Notes: generated from the sequence alone by a model not told the origin. A stretch of 64,000 bases of DNA from an uncultured Acidobacteriota bacterium (GCA_963836075.1 CAWIIB010000001.1:832001-896000), one strand, 5' to 3'. Counted from the stretch's first letter, positions 1-12,408 are shown. Made by a program: numbers and translations.

Positions 1-2045
1 CGGTCAACGTGGCCCAGCCCGCGGATGTCGCGGTGCGCCCCGGGGCGCGGGGAAGCGCCGTGCAGCCTGCGGGCCAGGGCGCGGTAGAGGATGTCCAGCA
101 CCAGGGTGCTCTTGCCCGAACCGGAAACCCCGGTGACCACGGTGAAGAGGCCCAGCGGGATGCTCACGTCGATCGTCTTCAGGTTGTGCTCGGCGGCGCC
201 GACGATCTCGATACGCGGCCGCCCGGCGGCCTTGCGCCGGCGCTCCGGCACCTCGATGGATTTCTCGCCGCTGAGATACTGCCCGGTGAGCGAGCGGGGC
301 TCGGCCTGGATTTCTTCCGCCGTGCCCTGGGCCACCACCTCTCCGCCATGCACTCCGGCGCCGGGGCCGAGGTCGATGATCAGGTCCGCCTGAAGCATGG
401 TCTCCAGGTCGTGCTCCACCACCAGCACCGTGTTGCCCAGGTCGCGCATGCCCTGCAGTGTTTCCAGCAGCCGGCGGTTGTCCCGCTGGTGCAGTCCGAT
501 GCTCGGCTCGTCGAGGACGTAGAGCACCCCCGAAAGACGCGACCCGATCTGGGTGGCCAGCCGGATGCGCTGGCCCTCCCCGCCGGAGAGGGAGGCCGCC
601 CGCCGGTCGAGTGTCAGGTAGTCCAGGCCGACGTTGGTCAGAAAGTGCAGCCGCTCCTCGATCTCGCGCAGCACCCGGTGGGCGATCTCGCGCTCCGCCG
701 TGTCCAGCTCCAGCGCCTGGACCATCTCCAACGCTCCCAGCACCGTCAGGCCGGTGAAGCCGCTGATGTTAGTCCCGCCGAGGGTCACGGCCAGGCTCTC
801 CGGCCGCAGCCGCTGTCCGCCGCAGGAGAGGCAGGGGCTCTGCACCATGTACTTTTCGATCTGCTCCCGGATCACCGGCGAAGTGGTTTCCCGGTAGCGG
901 CGGCGAAGCAGGGGCAGCACCCCTTCGAAGGGCCGGTTGAAGGCGTGCTTCATCGCCTTGCTCTTGAAGACCATCTCGATCTTCACCTCCCCCGAACCCT
1001 CCAGCAGGATCCGCTGGTGCTTTTTCGACAACCGCTTCCAGGGTTTGTCGAGGTCGATGCCAAAGTGCCCGGCCGCCCCCTCCACCATCTGAAAGAAATA
1101 GGACCCCTCGTTGTCCCCCAGGGGGGCGAATGCCCCCTCGCGTACCGGGCGGCCCGGGTCGGGTACCACCAGAGCGGGATCGAGCTCGAGGGAGGCGCCG
1201 AGGCCGTCGCATGCCGGACAGGCCCCGTGGGGGCTGTTGAAGGAGAAGGACCGCGGTGCCAGCTCGGGGAGGCTGACCCCGCAGTGGTGACAGGAGAGGG
1301 TCTCCGAAAAGAGCTGCTCCGGCAGGTCGGCGTCGGGGTGGTAGGCCAGGGCCACCCCCTCGGCCTGCTTGAGGGCGATCTCCAGCGAGTCGGCCAGCCG
1401 CCCGGCGATCCCCTCCTTGACCACCAGCCGGTCCACCACCACATCGATGGTGTGTTTCTTTCGCGCGTCGAGATCCAGCGGATCGCCCAGTTCGATGAAC
1501 GCGCCGTCCACCCGGGCGCGGATGAACCCCTCCCGCAGCAGGCGCTCCAGCAGTCCGCGGTGGGCCCCCTTGCGGCCCCGCACCACCGGGGCCAGCACCT
1601 GCAGCCTGGTGCCGCCGGGCAGGAGCAGCAGGCGGTCCACCATCTGCTGCACGGTCTGGGCCGAGACAGCCCGCCCGCACTCCGGGCAGTGCGGATGCCC
1701 CACCCGGGCGTAGAGCAGCCGGAGATAGTCGTAGATCTCGGTCACCGTGCCCACGGTGGACCGGGGGTTGCGCCCGGCAGAGCGCTGCTCGATGGCGATG
1801 GCCGGGGAAAGCCCCTCGATGGACTCCACCCTTGGCTTTTCCATCTGTTCCAGAAACTGGCGGGCGTAAGTGGAAAGGGATTCCACGTAGCGGCGCTGCC
1901 CCTCGGCGTAGATGGTGTCGAAGGCCAGGGATGACTTTCCCGAGCCGCTCACCCCGGTGATCACCACCAGGCGGTCCCGCGGGATCACCAGGTCGATCTG
2001 TTTCAGGTTGTGTTCGGCGGCGCCGGTGATGACGATGTTCTTCAT
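1..2045 (-). CDS. uvrA: Excinuclease ABC subunit A (3' end runs off the window)
   Basis: Manual translation from ATG 2045: MKNIVITGAAEHNLKQIDLVIPRDRLVVITGVSGSGKSSLAFDTIYAEGQRRYVES. Later zinc-finger CxxC motifs, LSGGE, LDEPSIGLH and a second Walker A GVSGSGKS. Not in the ORF track because it is open at the edge. Confidence 0.97.
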   Translation of the reverse strand, partial: MKNIVITGAAEHNLKQIDLVIPRDRLVVITGVSGSGKSSLAFDTIYAEGQRRYVESLSTYARQFLEQMEKPRVESIEGLSPAIAIEQRSAGRNPRSTVGTVTEIYDYLRLLYARVGHPHCPECGRAVSAQTVQQMVDRLLLLPGGTRLQVLAPVVRGRKGAHRGLLERLLREGFIRARVDGAFIELGDPLDLDARKKHTIDVVVDRLVVKEGIAGRLADSLEIALKQAEGVALAYHPDADLPEQLFSETLSCHHCGVSLPELAPRSFSFNSPHGACPACDGLGASLELDPALVVPDPGRPVREGAFAPLGDNEGSYFFQMVEGAAGHFGIDLDKPWKRLSKKHQRILLEGSGEVKIEMVFKSKAMKHAFNRPFEGVLPLLRRRYRETTSPVIREQIEKYMVQSPCLSCGGQRLRPESLAVTLGGTNISGFTGLTVLGALEMVQALELDTAEREIAHRVLREIEERLHFLTNVGLDYLTLDRRAASLSGGEGQRIRLATQIGSRLSGVLYVLDEPSIGLHQRDNRRLLETLQGMRDLGNTVLVVEHDLETMLQADLIIDLGPGAGVHGGEVVAQGTAEEIQAEPRSLTGQYLSGEKSIEVPERRRKAAGRPRIEIVGAAEHNLKTIDVSIPLGLFTVVTGVSGSGKSTLVLDILYRALARRLHGASPRPGAHRDIRGLGHVD

Positions 2046-2082
2046 CTGCCACGGTCCAGGATAGTAGTGGTTGTCCGGAACG

Positions 2083-2097
2083 GTTCGCGAGGAGTTG
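2083..2097. promoter_or_regulatory. Possible LexA box at the uvrA transcription start
   Basis: GTTC-GCGAGGA-GTTG, one mismatch to the GTTC-N7-GTTC type SOS box, directly next to the putative -10. Confidence 0.4.
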
Positions 2098-2127
2098 ATT
2101 CTAGGAGCGCCGTGCCGAATCTGTCAA
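2098..2127 (-). promoter_or_regulatory. Sigma70-like promoter for uvrA
   Basis: TTGACA-N18-TAGAAT on the minus strand. Confidence 0.65.
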
Positions 2128-2197
2128 CGAAGGGGACCGCTCTCCGGGTTGACCGCCCGGGGCCCTTGCTGTATACCAACCGCAGAGGGAGGGACTG

Positions 2198-2845
2198 ATG
2201 ATCAAAACCGGTATGTCCACGGCTGTTCTCCTGCTGGCCGTCCTGCTGCTCTTCACCGCCACGGCCTGTCAGAAAAAACTACCGACAACGCCCAGCCTGA
2301 GGCCGCTGATCAGCGAGACGGCCGGATTGACGTCCTCCGGCACGGAAGTGCAGCTGGTTCTTTTCGGCACGCTGCGCCTGGGCATGCGCCAGCTGGACCG
2401 GGCCACCCGGGCCAGGTATCTGCAGGAAGTGACCGGGCAGTCGGAAGACCCCTTCCTCGCCCCCACCCCCGACCAGGAGGATCCCTTTCTGATCTTCCTC
2501 TTCACCGTGGAAAACCGCGGTGACAAACCGGCGCTGCTCAGCCCCTCCTTCGCTACCCTCACCGACCAGAAGGGCCGGTTCAACGTCGCCCCCTTCGACA
2601 TCCACGAGTTGAGCGGGATCCTGGCGGTCAACCCGGCCTTCACCCCGGAGGTCTCCCGGCGGATCCACGAACCCACGATCAACGTCAATCCCGGAACGCA
2701 GCACACCAAAATGCTGCTCTTCCCGGCGTTGGACCGTAAGAGCGATGTTGTGGAGGTTTTGATCCCGTCGGTGGTGTCCGGTAACGTGACCGCGGACGCC
2801 CACTTCCCCTTTTCGGTGACCTGGGAGCCGCTTCCGGCATTTTGA
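2198..2845 (+). CDS. Hypothetical lipoprotein
   Basis: GGAGG RBS, hydrophobic N-terminus ending in a lipobox-like ATAC, beta-rich body. Confidence 0.75.
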   Translation: MIKTGMSTAVLLLAVLLLFTATACQKKLPTTPSLRPLISETAGLTSSGTEVQLVLFGTLRLGMRQLDRATRARYLQEVTGQSEDPFLAPTPDQEDPFLIFLFTVENRGDKPALLSPSFATLTDQKGRFNVAPFDIHELSGILAVNPAFTPEVSRRIHEPTINVNPGTQHTKMLLFPALDRKSDVVEVLIPSVVSGNVTADAHFPFSVTWEPLPAF

Positions 2846-2870
2846 CCTTTTTTTCATTGTTTGCTATATT
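2842..2870 (+). promoter_or_regulatory. Sigma70-like promoter for the TPR-glmU-glmS operon
   Basis: TTGACC-N17-TATATT with an extended TGn. Confidence 0.6.
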
Positions 2871-2959
2871 TTGTCGTTTCATTGACGCTCACAAATCTGC
2901 TGCCGGGGCCGTGCCGTACCAACGCCAGAGGCAGACGCCGACACGAAGGGATTCATCAC

Positions 2960-3448
2960 ATGACCGACACCACTGTCAACCCCAAGGCCGCCCTGCTGCT
3001 GGAACGCGGAGTCAAGGCACTGCAGAAAAAGAACTACAAGCAGGCGGCGAACGCGTTTAACTCACTGCTGGAGAAGTTCCCCGGCGAGTATGCCCTGAAA
3101 GACCGGGCGCAGGTCTATATCAAGGCCTGTGAGCGGATGACCGCCGCCAGGCCGAAAGCGCCCACCGATGGCAACGATATCCTGCACCTGGCCACCTACC
3201 ACCTCAACCGGGGCGAACTGGAGCAGGCCCGGGAACTGCTGGAAAAGGCCCGGCGCAAGACGAGCATCAAGCCGGAAACCACCTACGGCTTCGCCATCTA
3301 CCACGCCCTGCTCGGTGAAGAAGAGCAGGCGCTGACCTGCCTCGCCGAGGCCATCGAGCTGGACCAGGCCGTCAAATATGCCGCCCGCACCGAAAACGAT
3401 TTCGCCTCGCTCCAGGAGGAGCCACGATTTAAGGAACTGGTGGGTTGA
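2960..3448 (+). CDS. Small TPR protein
   Basis: Helical repeats, ending ...AIYHALLGEEEQALTCLAEAIELD...ARTENDFASL. Confidence 0.8.
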   Translation: MTDTTVNPKAALLLERGVKALQKKNYKQAANAFNSLLEKFPGEYALKDRAQVYIKACERMTAARPKAPTDGNDILHLATYHLNRGELEQARELLEKARRKTSIKPETTYGFAIYHALLGEEEQALTCLAEAIELDQAVKYAARTENDFASLQEEPRFKELVG

Positions 3449-3486
3449 CCTCGCGGGCCCCCGGGGACCCGGCAGGGAGCGGCGCC

Positions 3487-4512
3487 ATGGCTGACCTCCA
3501 AGCTCTGATTCTGGCTGCCGGCAAGGGCACCCGGATGAAATCCGGGCTGCCCAAGGTGTTGCACCGCCTTGCCGGCCGGCCGATGATCCGTTTCGTGGTG
3601 GATACCGCTCTGGCCTGCGGCGCCCGGCGGGTGGTGATGGTGGTGGGCCACGGAGCCGACAGGGTAAAAGAGGCGGTGCGCGACCTGCCGGTGGAGTTCG
3701 TCACCCAGCACGAGCAACTGGGCACCGGTCACGCGGTGATGTCGGCCCGGGGCGAGATGGCGGGCGGGCCCGGCCAGTTGCTGATCCTCAGCGGCGACGT
3801 ACCGCTGCTCGGATCGGACACCGTGAGCCGTCTGGTCGACCTGCAAGCTTCGCCGGGCACCGGCTGCGCCCTGCTCACGGCCACCCTGGAGGATCCCACC
3901 GGATACGGCCGGATCATCGCCGACGGCTCGGGGTTGGTGCAACGGATCGTCGAGGAGGCCGACGCCACTCCCGACCAGCGCCGGATCCGGGTGATCAACG
4001 CCGGCATCTACTGCTTTCATACCGACCTGCTGTTCCGGGTCCTCGACAGTTGCGGCAGTGACAATGCCCAGGGCGAGTACTACCTCACCGACGCCATCGC
4101 CGCCATCCGGGAACAGGGCCACGCGGTGCAGGCACTGGGCGTGCCCGACCCCGACGAGGTGGCCGGTATCAACACCCGGCTGGAGTTGGCCGGGATGGGC
4201 GAAATCATCAACCGGCGCAAGCTGGAACAGCTGATGCTCTCCGGTGTCACGGTGGTTTCTCCGGAGACGACACTGGTGGAGTGGGACGTGGAAGTGGGTC
4301 TGGACACCCTGATCCACCCCCACACCTCGCTGGAGGGCCGGACCCGGGTCGGAACCGGGTGCACCATTCACAGCTTCACCCGCCTGGCAGACAGCAGTCT
4401 CGGCGACAACGCCGTAGTCCGCGAATACAGCACCCTCAGCGGCTGCCGGCTGGAACCGGACAGCGTTACCGGGCCCAACGCCATACTGGAAGGGGACGGC
4501 AGCACCAGCTGA
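3487..4512 (+). CDS. glmU: GlmU-like UDP-GlcNAc pyrophosphorylase, C-terminally truncated
   Basis: ILAAGKGTRMKS, QLGTGHAV, GYGRI, NAQGEYYLTD. Only a short beta-helix follows. Lies directly upstream of glmS. Confidence 0.9.
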   Translation: MADLQALILAAGKGTRMKSGLPKVLHRLAGRPMIRFVVDTALACGARRVVMVVGHGADRVKEAVRDLPVEFVTQHEQLGTGHAVMSARGEMAGGPGQLLILSGDVPLLGSDTVSRLVDLQASPGTGCALLTATLEDPTGYGRIIADGSGLVQRIVEEADATPDQRRIRVINAGIYCFHTDLLFRVLDSCGSDNAQGEYYLTDAIAAIREQGHAVQALGVPDPDEVAGINTRLELAGMGEIINRRKLEQLMLSGVTVVSPETTLVEWDVEVGLDTLIHPHTSLEGRTRVGTGCTIHSFTRLADSSLGDNAVVREYSTLSGCRLEPDSVTGPNAILEGDGSTS

Positions 4513-4577
4513 CCTGTGCTCGGCAGCAGAGAGAATCGCTTCAGTGCGGGCCCAGCCCTGCCGAAGGAGTCAGTACC

Positions 4578-6407
<1,830 letters not shown>

Positions 6408-6422
6408 CTTGTCCGGCCCTCG

Positions 6423-6481
6423 AACTGCTTTCTCCTCGCTCCGGTCGCGAAACGCTCCAACGTCGCTCGGAAGGAACAGTT
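6423..6481. repeat. Dispersed intergenic hairpin element, copy 1
   Basis: Core 6441-6471 matches 37246-37276 at 29/31 nt. Enclosed by the imperfect inverted repeat AACTGCTTTCTCC...GGAAGGAACAGTT. Confidence 0.7.
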
Positions 6482-6624
6482 GGAAGGCCTGACCCCTCAT
6501 TTTTCGCTCACATCCCTTCCTGACTCGACGTACCTGCCCCGATTGAGTAAACTGCCCGATCCGATGAAAATGTAAATTCACGGCCGATCAGCGGTCGATT
6601 CTAATGATGGGTTACAGATACACA

Positions 6625-8941
6625 ATGGGCAATGCCGATCTGCTGAAACAGTTGAACCCGGCACAGCAGAAGGCCGTGATGCACGGCACTGGGCCGATCC
6701 TCGTCCTGGCCGGCGCAGGTTCGGGCAAGACCAGGGTGATCACCTACCGCATCGCCCGGCTGCTTCTGGAAAAGCTGGCCCGCCCCTCGGAGATCCTGGC
6801 CGTCACCTTTACCAACAAGGCGGCGGCGGAGATGAGGTCACGGGTAGACCAGTTGCTGGGGGACGAACTCCCCGGCCTCTGGATCTCAACTTTCCACTCC
6901 GCCTGTGCGCGGTTCCTGCGCATCGAAGGCGCTCCGGACGGCATCGGCCGGCACTTCCAGATCTACGACACCAACGACCAGCAGGCCCTGATCAAACAGG
7001 TGATCGAAAGCCTGAGCCTCAATCCCAAAATTTTCCAGCCGCGGCGGATGCTGGCCTTCTTCAGCCAGGCCAAGAACCAGCTGCTGACACCGGAGACCTA
7101 CAAACCCCATTTCAACGACTGGCTGGGCGACGAGGAGGAGAAGCTCTTCCGGGAATACCAGCAGCGGCTGGCCGACTGCGGCGCGGTGGACTTCGACGAC
7201 CTGCTGCTGCTCACCGTGCGGCTGCTCAACGAGAAGCCCGGGCTGGCCGAGCTCTACCAGCAGCGGTTCCGCTACCTGCTGGTGGACGAGTACCAGGACA
7301 CCAACCGCGCACAGTACCGAGCTGGTGCGCCTGCTGGCCGGCCCGCAGGGCAATGTCTGCGCCGTGGGCGACGAGGACCAGTCGATCTACCGCTGGCGCG
7401 GTGCCGAGGTGCGCAACATCCTCGATTTCGAACGGGACTTCCCCGGGACGCGTCTGGTGAAGCTGGAGCAGAACTACCGTTCCACCGGCACCATCCTCCG
7501 CGCGGCGGGCGGGGTGATCGACCACAATACCCAGCGCAAGGGCAAGAAGCTCTGGACCGCCGCCGGGGACGGCGATCCGATCCGGTTGATCCACGCCGAT
7601 TCCGACCTGGAGGAGGCGCGGATGGTCACCGGCGTGATCAGGGAGGAGCGGCGCCGCTTCGAGCTGGACCAGATGGCAATCCTCTACCGCATGAATTTCC
7701 AGTCCCGGGTGCTGGAGGACGCCCTGCGCGCCGACGGCATTCCGCACAAGATCGTCGCCGGCCTCTCCTTCTACGAACGGAAGGAGATCAAGGACCTGGT
7801 GGCCTACCTCAGGGTCGTGGCCAACCCGCGGGACGACCTGGACCTCAAGCGGATCATCAATGTCCCGCCCCGCGGTGTGGGCAAGAAAACCGTGGAGCGT
7901 CTGGAGAGCCACGCCGCTGCCGGCGGCCTCACCTTGCGCCAGGCCCTGGCCGAGGCGGTGGAGGGCAAAGCCGGAAAGGCGCGGCTCCCGGCGGCGCTGG
8001 CCGATCTGGATACCCTGCTGCGGGAGCAGGCCGGACGCCTGGAGGGCGGGGCCGGGCCGGCCGACCTGCTGGAGGAGATCATCAACGGCACCGGCTTCGC
8101 CGAGTACATCCGCAGCTTCGACATTGCCGGGGCCGACCGGCTGGAGAACGTGGAGGAACTGCTGGCCAAGGCCCGGGAATTCGAGGAGACCTCCGGGGAC
8201 GAGGAAGGCCTGAGCCAGTTTCTCGACCTGGTCTCCCTGGTCTCGGACAGCGATGCCCTGGACGCCGACAGCCCGCAGGTGCGGTTGATGACCCTGCACA
8301 CGGCCAAGGGCCTGGAGTTCCCCCTGGTCTTTATCGTCGGTCTTGAAGAGGGGGTCTTCCCCATCGACCGCGGCGACCAGGACCCCGAGGAACTGGAAGA
8401 GGAACGACGGCTGTTTTACGTGGGGCTGACCAGGGCGATGAAAAAGCTGAACCTCTCCTGGGCCGGACGCAGACGGATCTACGGCCAGACCCGCTACACC
8501 TACGAACAGTCACGGTTTCTGGCCGAGATCCCCGAGGGCTGCCTGATCGACCCCACACCACGCCCCAGGACCGGCCACTCCCTGCCCCGGACCACCGACC
8601 TCAGCTGGGCGCCGGACAGGCGGGCCAGGGCCAACACCGCCCGGCGTGCGGCCTCCTCCAGGTCCGGCAGCGGCAGGCAGGCGGGGAAGAAGGCGGTGGA
8701 CGAGGCCCGCCAGTTCCTGGCCAACCTGAACATCAAGGTGGAGCAACCGGAAGAGGCCCCGGGCGACACGACCCTGGAGCCCCAGCCCGGGGACCTGGTG
8801 CAGCACCCCAAGTTCGGCCGGGGGCGGGTTCTGCAAAAAGAGGGGCAGGGGGAAGACGCCAAGGTCCGCGTGCACTTCAACCGCGTCGGCGCACGGACCC
8901 TGGTGCTGCGCTATGCCCGGCTGGAAGTCCTGGAAGGCTGA
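6625..8941 (+). CDS. pcrA: UvrD/PcrA DNA helicase (frameshift near 7318, probably a sequencing error)
   Basis: AGAGSGKT, TFTNKAA, VDEYQDTN in one frame. VGDEDQSIYRWRGA, LEQNYRST, TLHTAKGLEF, EERRLFYVGLTRA and the C-terminal HPKFGRG domain in the next. Confidence 0.93.
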
Positions 8942-8953
8942 CCGGGGACGCCG

Positions 8954-10324
8954 ATGAACGAACCCCGACACCAGACACCTGACCCGGATCTGCTGCGGCG
9001 GATTTTGGCCCGCGCGTGCGCCGGCCGGCGGTACAGTGAAGCGGACCTCTTTGCCGAGCGGAAGAGCACCCTGAGGATCGACCTGCTGGACGGCCGGGTG
9101 ATCGGTCTTGTTTCGGGCCTGGAGGAGGGCGCCGCGGTGCGCACCGCCGGGCCGGCCGGCTGCCGCTTCGCACACAGCGGAGGGTTGGACGAAGCGTCGC
9201 TGTGCCGTCTGGCCACCGGCGAGGCCGTGGACAGTTCCGACGGAGCGGCTCATCCCGGACTGGAACCGTCGGTGCCGGAATCGCTGGTGCAGGCCCTGGG
9301 CCATGTCGGCGCCGAGGCCGGGCGGGGCGAACCGCCGTGCCAACGGGTGGAGGTATCCTGCTATGCCGCATGCCAGCAGGTCTGGATCCTTGACGAGAGC
9401 GGACACCTGGCCATGGACCAGCGGTCGGCCTTCCGGGTCAGCGCCCGGGTCCTGACTGCTGACCGCTGGGGCGCGGCCCATCACGGCGGCGCATGGACCG
9501 ACACGATCTTCGACCTCCGGCAGGCGCGCCATCTGGCCCGCCACGCCCGATCCGCCGCCCTGACCGCCGCCGGCGCCAGGCCGGTCCCGGCAGGAGAACA
9601 GACCGTAGTGCTGGCCGCCGGCTCGGGCGGTATCCTGCTGCACGAGGCCTGCGGGCACCTGCTGGAGGCCGACTACATCATCCCCGGGCTCTCCCCCTAT
9701 GCCGGCCGGCTGGGCCAGGCAGTGGCCTCCCCGCTGGTCAGCGCCGTGGATGACCCCACGCTGCCCGATCTCCCGGCGTCGCAGATGGTTGACGACGAAG
9801 GGGTGCCCACAACACGCAAGCTGCTGCTGGATCAGGGGATCATCGCCGCCTTTCTCTGCGGGCGCCGCGAAGCCGGCGGCGGCGCCGGGTTCCAGCCCGG
9901 AAACGGCCGCCGGCGCTCGTTCCGCCACCTGCCGCTGCCGCGGATGAGCAACACCATGATCCTTTCCGGTGAGACGCCCCCGAAGGAGATCATCCGCCGC
10001 ACCGGCAGCGGGATCTACGCCGCGCGCCTCTCCGCCGGTCAGGCCGACCCGGCCAGCGGCCGCTTCCGCTTCACCGTGGCCCAGGGCAGGCTCATCGAAG
10101 ACGGAAAACTGACCTGGCCACTGGACGGGGCGGTGATCAGCGGAACCGGCCCGGCGGCGCTGTCCGCGGTGGACCTGGTGGGAAACGATGCCCGGGTTGA
10201 CGCCACGGCCGCCGGCTGCACCAAGGCGGGGCAGACCATTCCGGTTTCGGTGGGCCACCCCACCCTGCGGATCCGCACCCTGACGGTGGAGCCCCTGGGC
10301 TCGACCAGGGAGGGCCAGCCATGA
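8954..10324 (+). CDS. tldD: TldD family metalloprotease subunit
   Basis: LLHEACGHLLEAD, VDDEG, PRMSNT, GCTKAGQTIPV..GHPT. Confidence 0.9.
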   Translation: MNEPRHQTPDPDLLRRILARACAGRRYSEADLFAERKSTLRIDLLDGRVIGLVSGLEEGAAVRTAGPAGCRFAHSGGLDEASLCRLATGEAVDSSDGAAHPGLEPSVPESLVQALGHVGAEAGRGEPPCQRVEVSCYAACQQVWILDESGHLAMDQRSAFRVSARVLTADRWGAAHHGGAWTDTIFDLRQARHLARHARSAALTAAGARPVPAGEQTVVLAAGSGGILLHEACGHLLEADYIIPGLSPYAGRLGQAVASPLVSAVDDPTLPDLPASQMVDDEGVPTTRKLLLDQGIIAAFLCGRREAGGGAGFQPGNGRRRSFRHLPLPRMSNTMILSGETPPKEIIRRTGSGIYAARLSAGQADPASGRFRFTVAQGRLIEDGKLTWPLDGAVISGTGPAALSAVDLVGNDARVDATAAGCTKAGQTIPVSVGHPTLRIRTLTVEPLGSTREGQP

Positions 10325-11662
10325 GCGCATTGACAATGACCGACGCCCTCCCCCTGCTGGACCATTGGCCCAAGGCCGGCGGCGCCGCGGAACTGCTGCT
10401 CAAGCAGAGCCGCAGCCGTCTGTGGAGCATGGCCGGAGGGATCATGGACACCGCCAGGGGCCGGGAGCGGGGGTCAGCGGTGAGGGTGGTGCTGCCGGAC
10501 GGACGCTGCAGCCTGGTCACCGCCGCCTCACCCTCTTTCGCCCGGCTGACCCGCGACCTGGATCGGGCACGCCTGCTGGCCGAGCTCACCGCCCCTGACC
10601 CGCACCTGACCCTTCCCGGACCGGCGCCGGATGCGGGCCTCCAGCCACTCCCCGCCACCGGCGGTTCGCCGGCGGAACTGTTCGGTGAGGATGCCGCCCG
10701 GGCCCTGCTGGACCGTCTGCTGGAGCCGGATACAAGGTGTGCCAGGGTGGTGAAAGCCTGGGTCCGCCAGGCTGAGGTGGGTACCGAGCTGGTGAACAGC
10801 ACCGGGTTCACCGGCAGCCACCGGGGGATATTGACCAGCCTCGGCGTGCTGCTGGACGGCGGCGGAGAGGAGCCGCTGGTTCACGAAGAACTGCTCACCG
10901 CCGGAGCGGTGCCGGCCCCCGATCGCTTTCTGGAAACCGCACGGTCCCGGGCCGCCGGAATATTCGGCGCCCGGGGCACACCTCCCGGACCCACCGGGTC
11001 GCTGGTGCTGACCCCGGAGGCTGCAGGTCCCGCTGCTGGCAGCCCTGGGCACCCGGTTTGTTCCCCTGCCCTGTTTGACGGAAGGCCCGGGTCTGCCGCC
11101 GCCGGGAACCCGGGTGGCGCCGGCGGGCATCACCCTGGCGGATGACGGCCGCCATCCCGGCGGGCCGCGCAGTGCCCCCTTTGATGGTGAAGGAACAGCG
11201 ACAGACACCACGGTCCTGGTCCGGGACGGCATCCTGCAATCCCTGGTGCACGACCGCCGGTCCGCCTCCCGGTCCGGCACCCGCAGCACCGGAAACGCGG
11301 TGCGCGACAGCTACCGCCAGGGCCCGGCTCCCGGCCTGACCACCCTGGTGCTCCACCCCCGGCCGGACCTCACCGAAGACGACCTGCTGGGGGACATCTC
11401 CCGGGGCCTCTACGCGGTGGTTGCCGCCCCGCCGGACCCGGACCGGCTGGAGGCCGGGATCTTCTCCATCCGCTTCCGGGGACGGCTGATCAACAGAGGC
11501 AGGCTCCTCTCTCCCACCGGCCCGGTGGCCTTCCGGCTTCCGCTGGACGATCTCCTCCCCCGGCTCCGGGCGGCTGCCGGCCGACCGAGATTGATCGCCC
11601 TGGACGGCGGCGTGGAAACACCGCTGCTGCGGCTGGACGGCGTACGGCTTGACTCCTGCTGA
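10321..11662 (+). CDS. pmbA: PmbA/TldE family subunit (frameshift near 11030)
   Basis: ATGA overlap with tldD. NSTG, PFDGEG, VRDGIL and STGNA motifs across two frames. Confidence 0.75.
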
Positions 11663-11668
11663 TCGGAT

Positions 11669-12325
11669 CTAGCTGCGGACATCGGGATTGGAGAGAAAGA
11701 AGGCCAGGTTCTCCATTTGCACGGTGAGGTCCACCGTGTTCAACTTTACTGCGGGGGGCAACCGCAGGTTCAGCGGAGTGAAGTTGAGGATCGCCCTGAT
11801 CCCGGCCGCGGCCAGCCGGTCGGCCAGCACCTGGGCCGCCTCACCGGGCACGGCCAGAACGGCGATGCTGATCCCGTCGCGCTGCAGCACCTCCTCACAC
11901 CGGGCCACGTCGATGATCGGAATCCCCTTCCTGGTGCTGCTGTCGATTTTGCGCGGGTTGCTGTCAAAAAGCGCGGAGACGGTGAATCCACGGCTGTTGA
12001 ACCGCCCGTGGTCGGCCAGCGCCTGCCCCAGGTGCCCCGCACCGAAGATGGCTATCCGGTACTGCTGGTCGAGGCCCAGGATCCGGGTGATGTGATCGAC
12101 CAGGTCTTCCACGTAATAGCCGACACCGCGGACACCGAACTCCCCGAAGCAGGCCAGGTCTTTCCTGATCTGATCAGAATTCAGCTGGAACAGCCCGGCC
12201 AGCCGGTGGGAGGAGATCGTTTTGACCCCCTCGTCACGCAGTCGGGTGAAGCAGCGAAGGTAGAGGGAGAGACGGTTCACCGTATGGTCGGAGATGGTTT
12301 CAGTTTTGCGGGGGATTTTCGTCAT
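11669..12325 (-). CDS. rex: Redox-sensing transcriptional repressor Rex
   Basis: RLSLYLR, QIRKDLACFGEFGVRGVGY, GAGHLGQAL, ILNFTP. Confidence 0.96.
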   Translation of the reverse strand: MTKIPRKTETISDHTVNRLSLYLRCFTRLRDEGVKTISSHRLAGLFQLNSDQIRKDLACFGEFGVRGVGYYVEDLVDHITRILGLDQQYRIAIFGAGHLGQALADHGRFNSRGFTVSALFDSNPRKIDSSTRKGIPIIDVARCEEVLQRDGISIAVLAVPGEAAQVLADRLAAAGIRAILNFTPLNLRLPPAVKLNTVDLTVQMENLAFFLSNPDVRS

Positions 12326-12340
12326 CTGGGGGCTGTCCGG

Positions 12341-12358
12341 TTGTTCTTTTTTTCACAA
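12341..12358. promoter_or_regulatory. Probable Rex operator (autoregulation)
   Basis: Minus strand TTGTGAA-AAAA-AGAACAA versus consensus TTGTGAA-N4-TTCACAA, 15 nt before the rex ATG. Confidence 0.6.
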
Positions 12359-12408
12359 GCAGTCTAGCACAGGTTACCGCTTCTGAAAACCGCAGCGCCG
12401 GCGTCTGT

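Noticed and set aside
9-1934. Long plus-strand ORF of 641 aa, and similar ORFs such as 8510-10336, 33112-35028, 35016-37199 and 47145-48875
   Set aside because: Antisense or alternate-frame shadows of clear genes, typical of high-GC codon bias, with no recognisable motifs.
4513-4577. glmS ribozyme
   Set aside because: The intergenic gap is only 65 nt and no recognisable ribozyme core is present.
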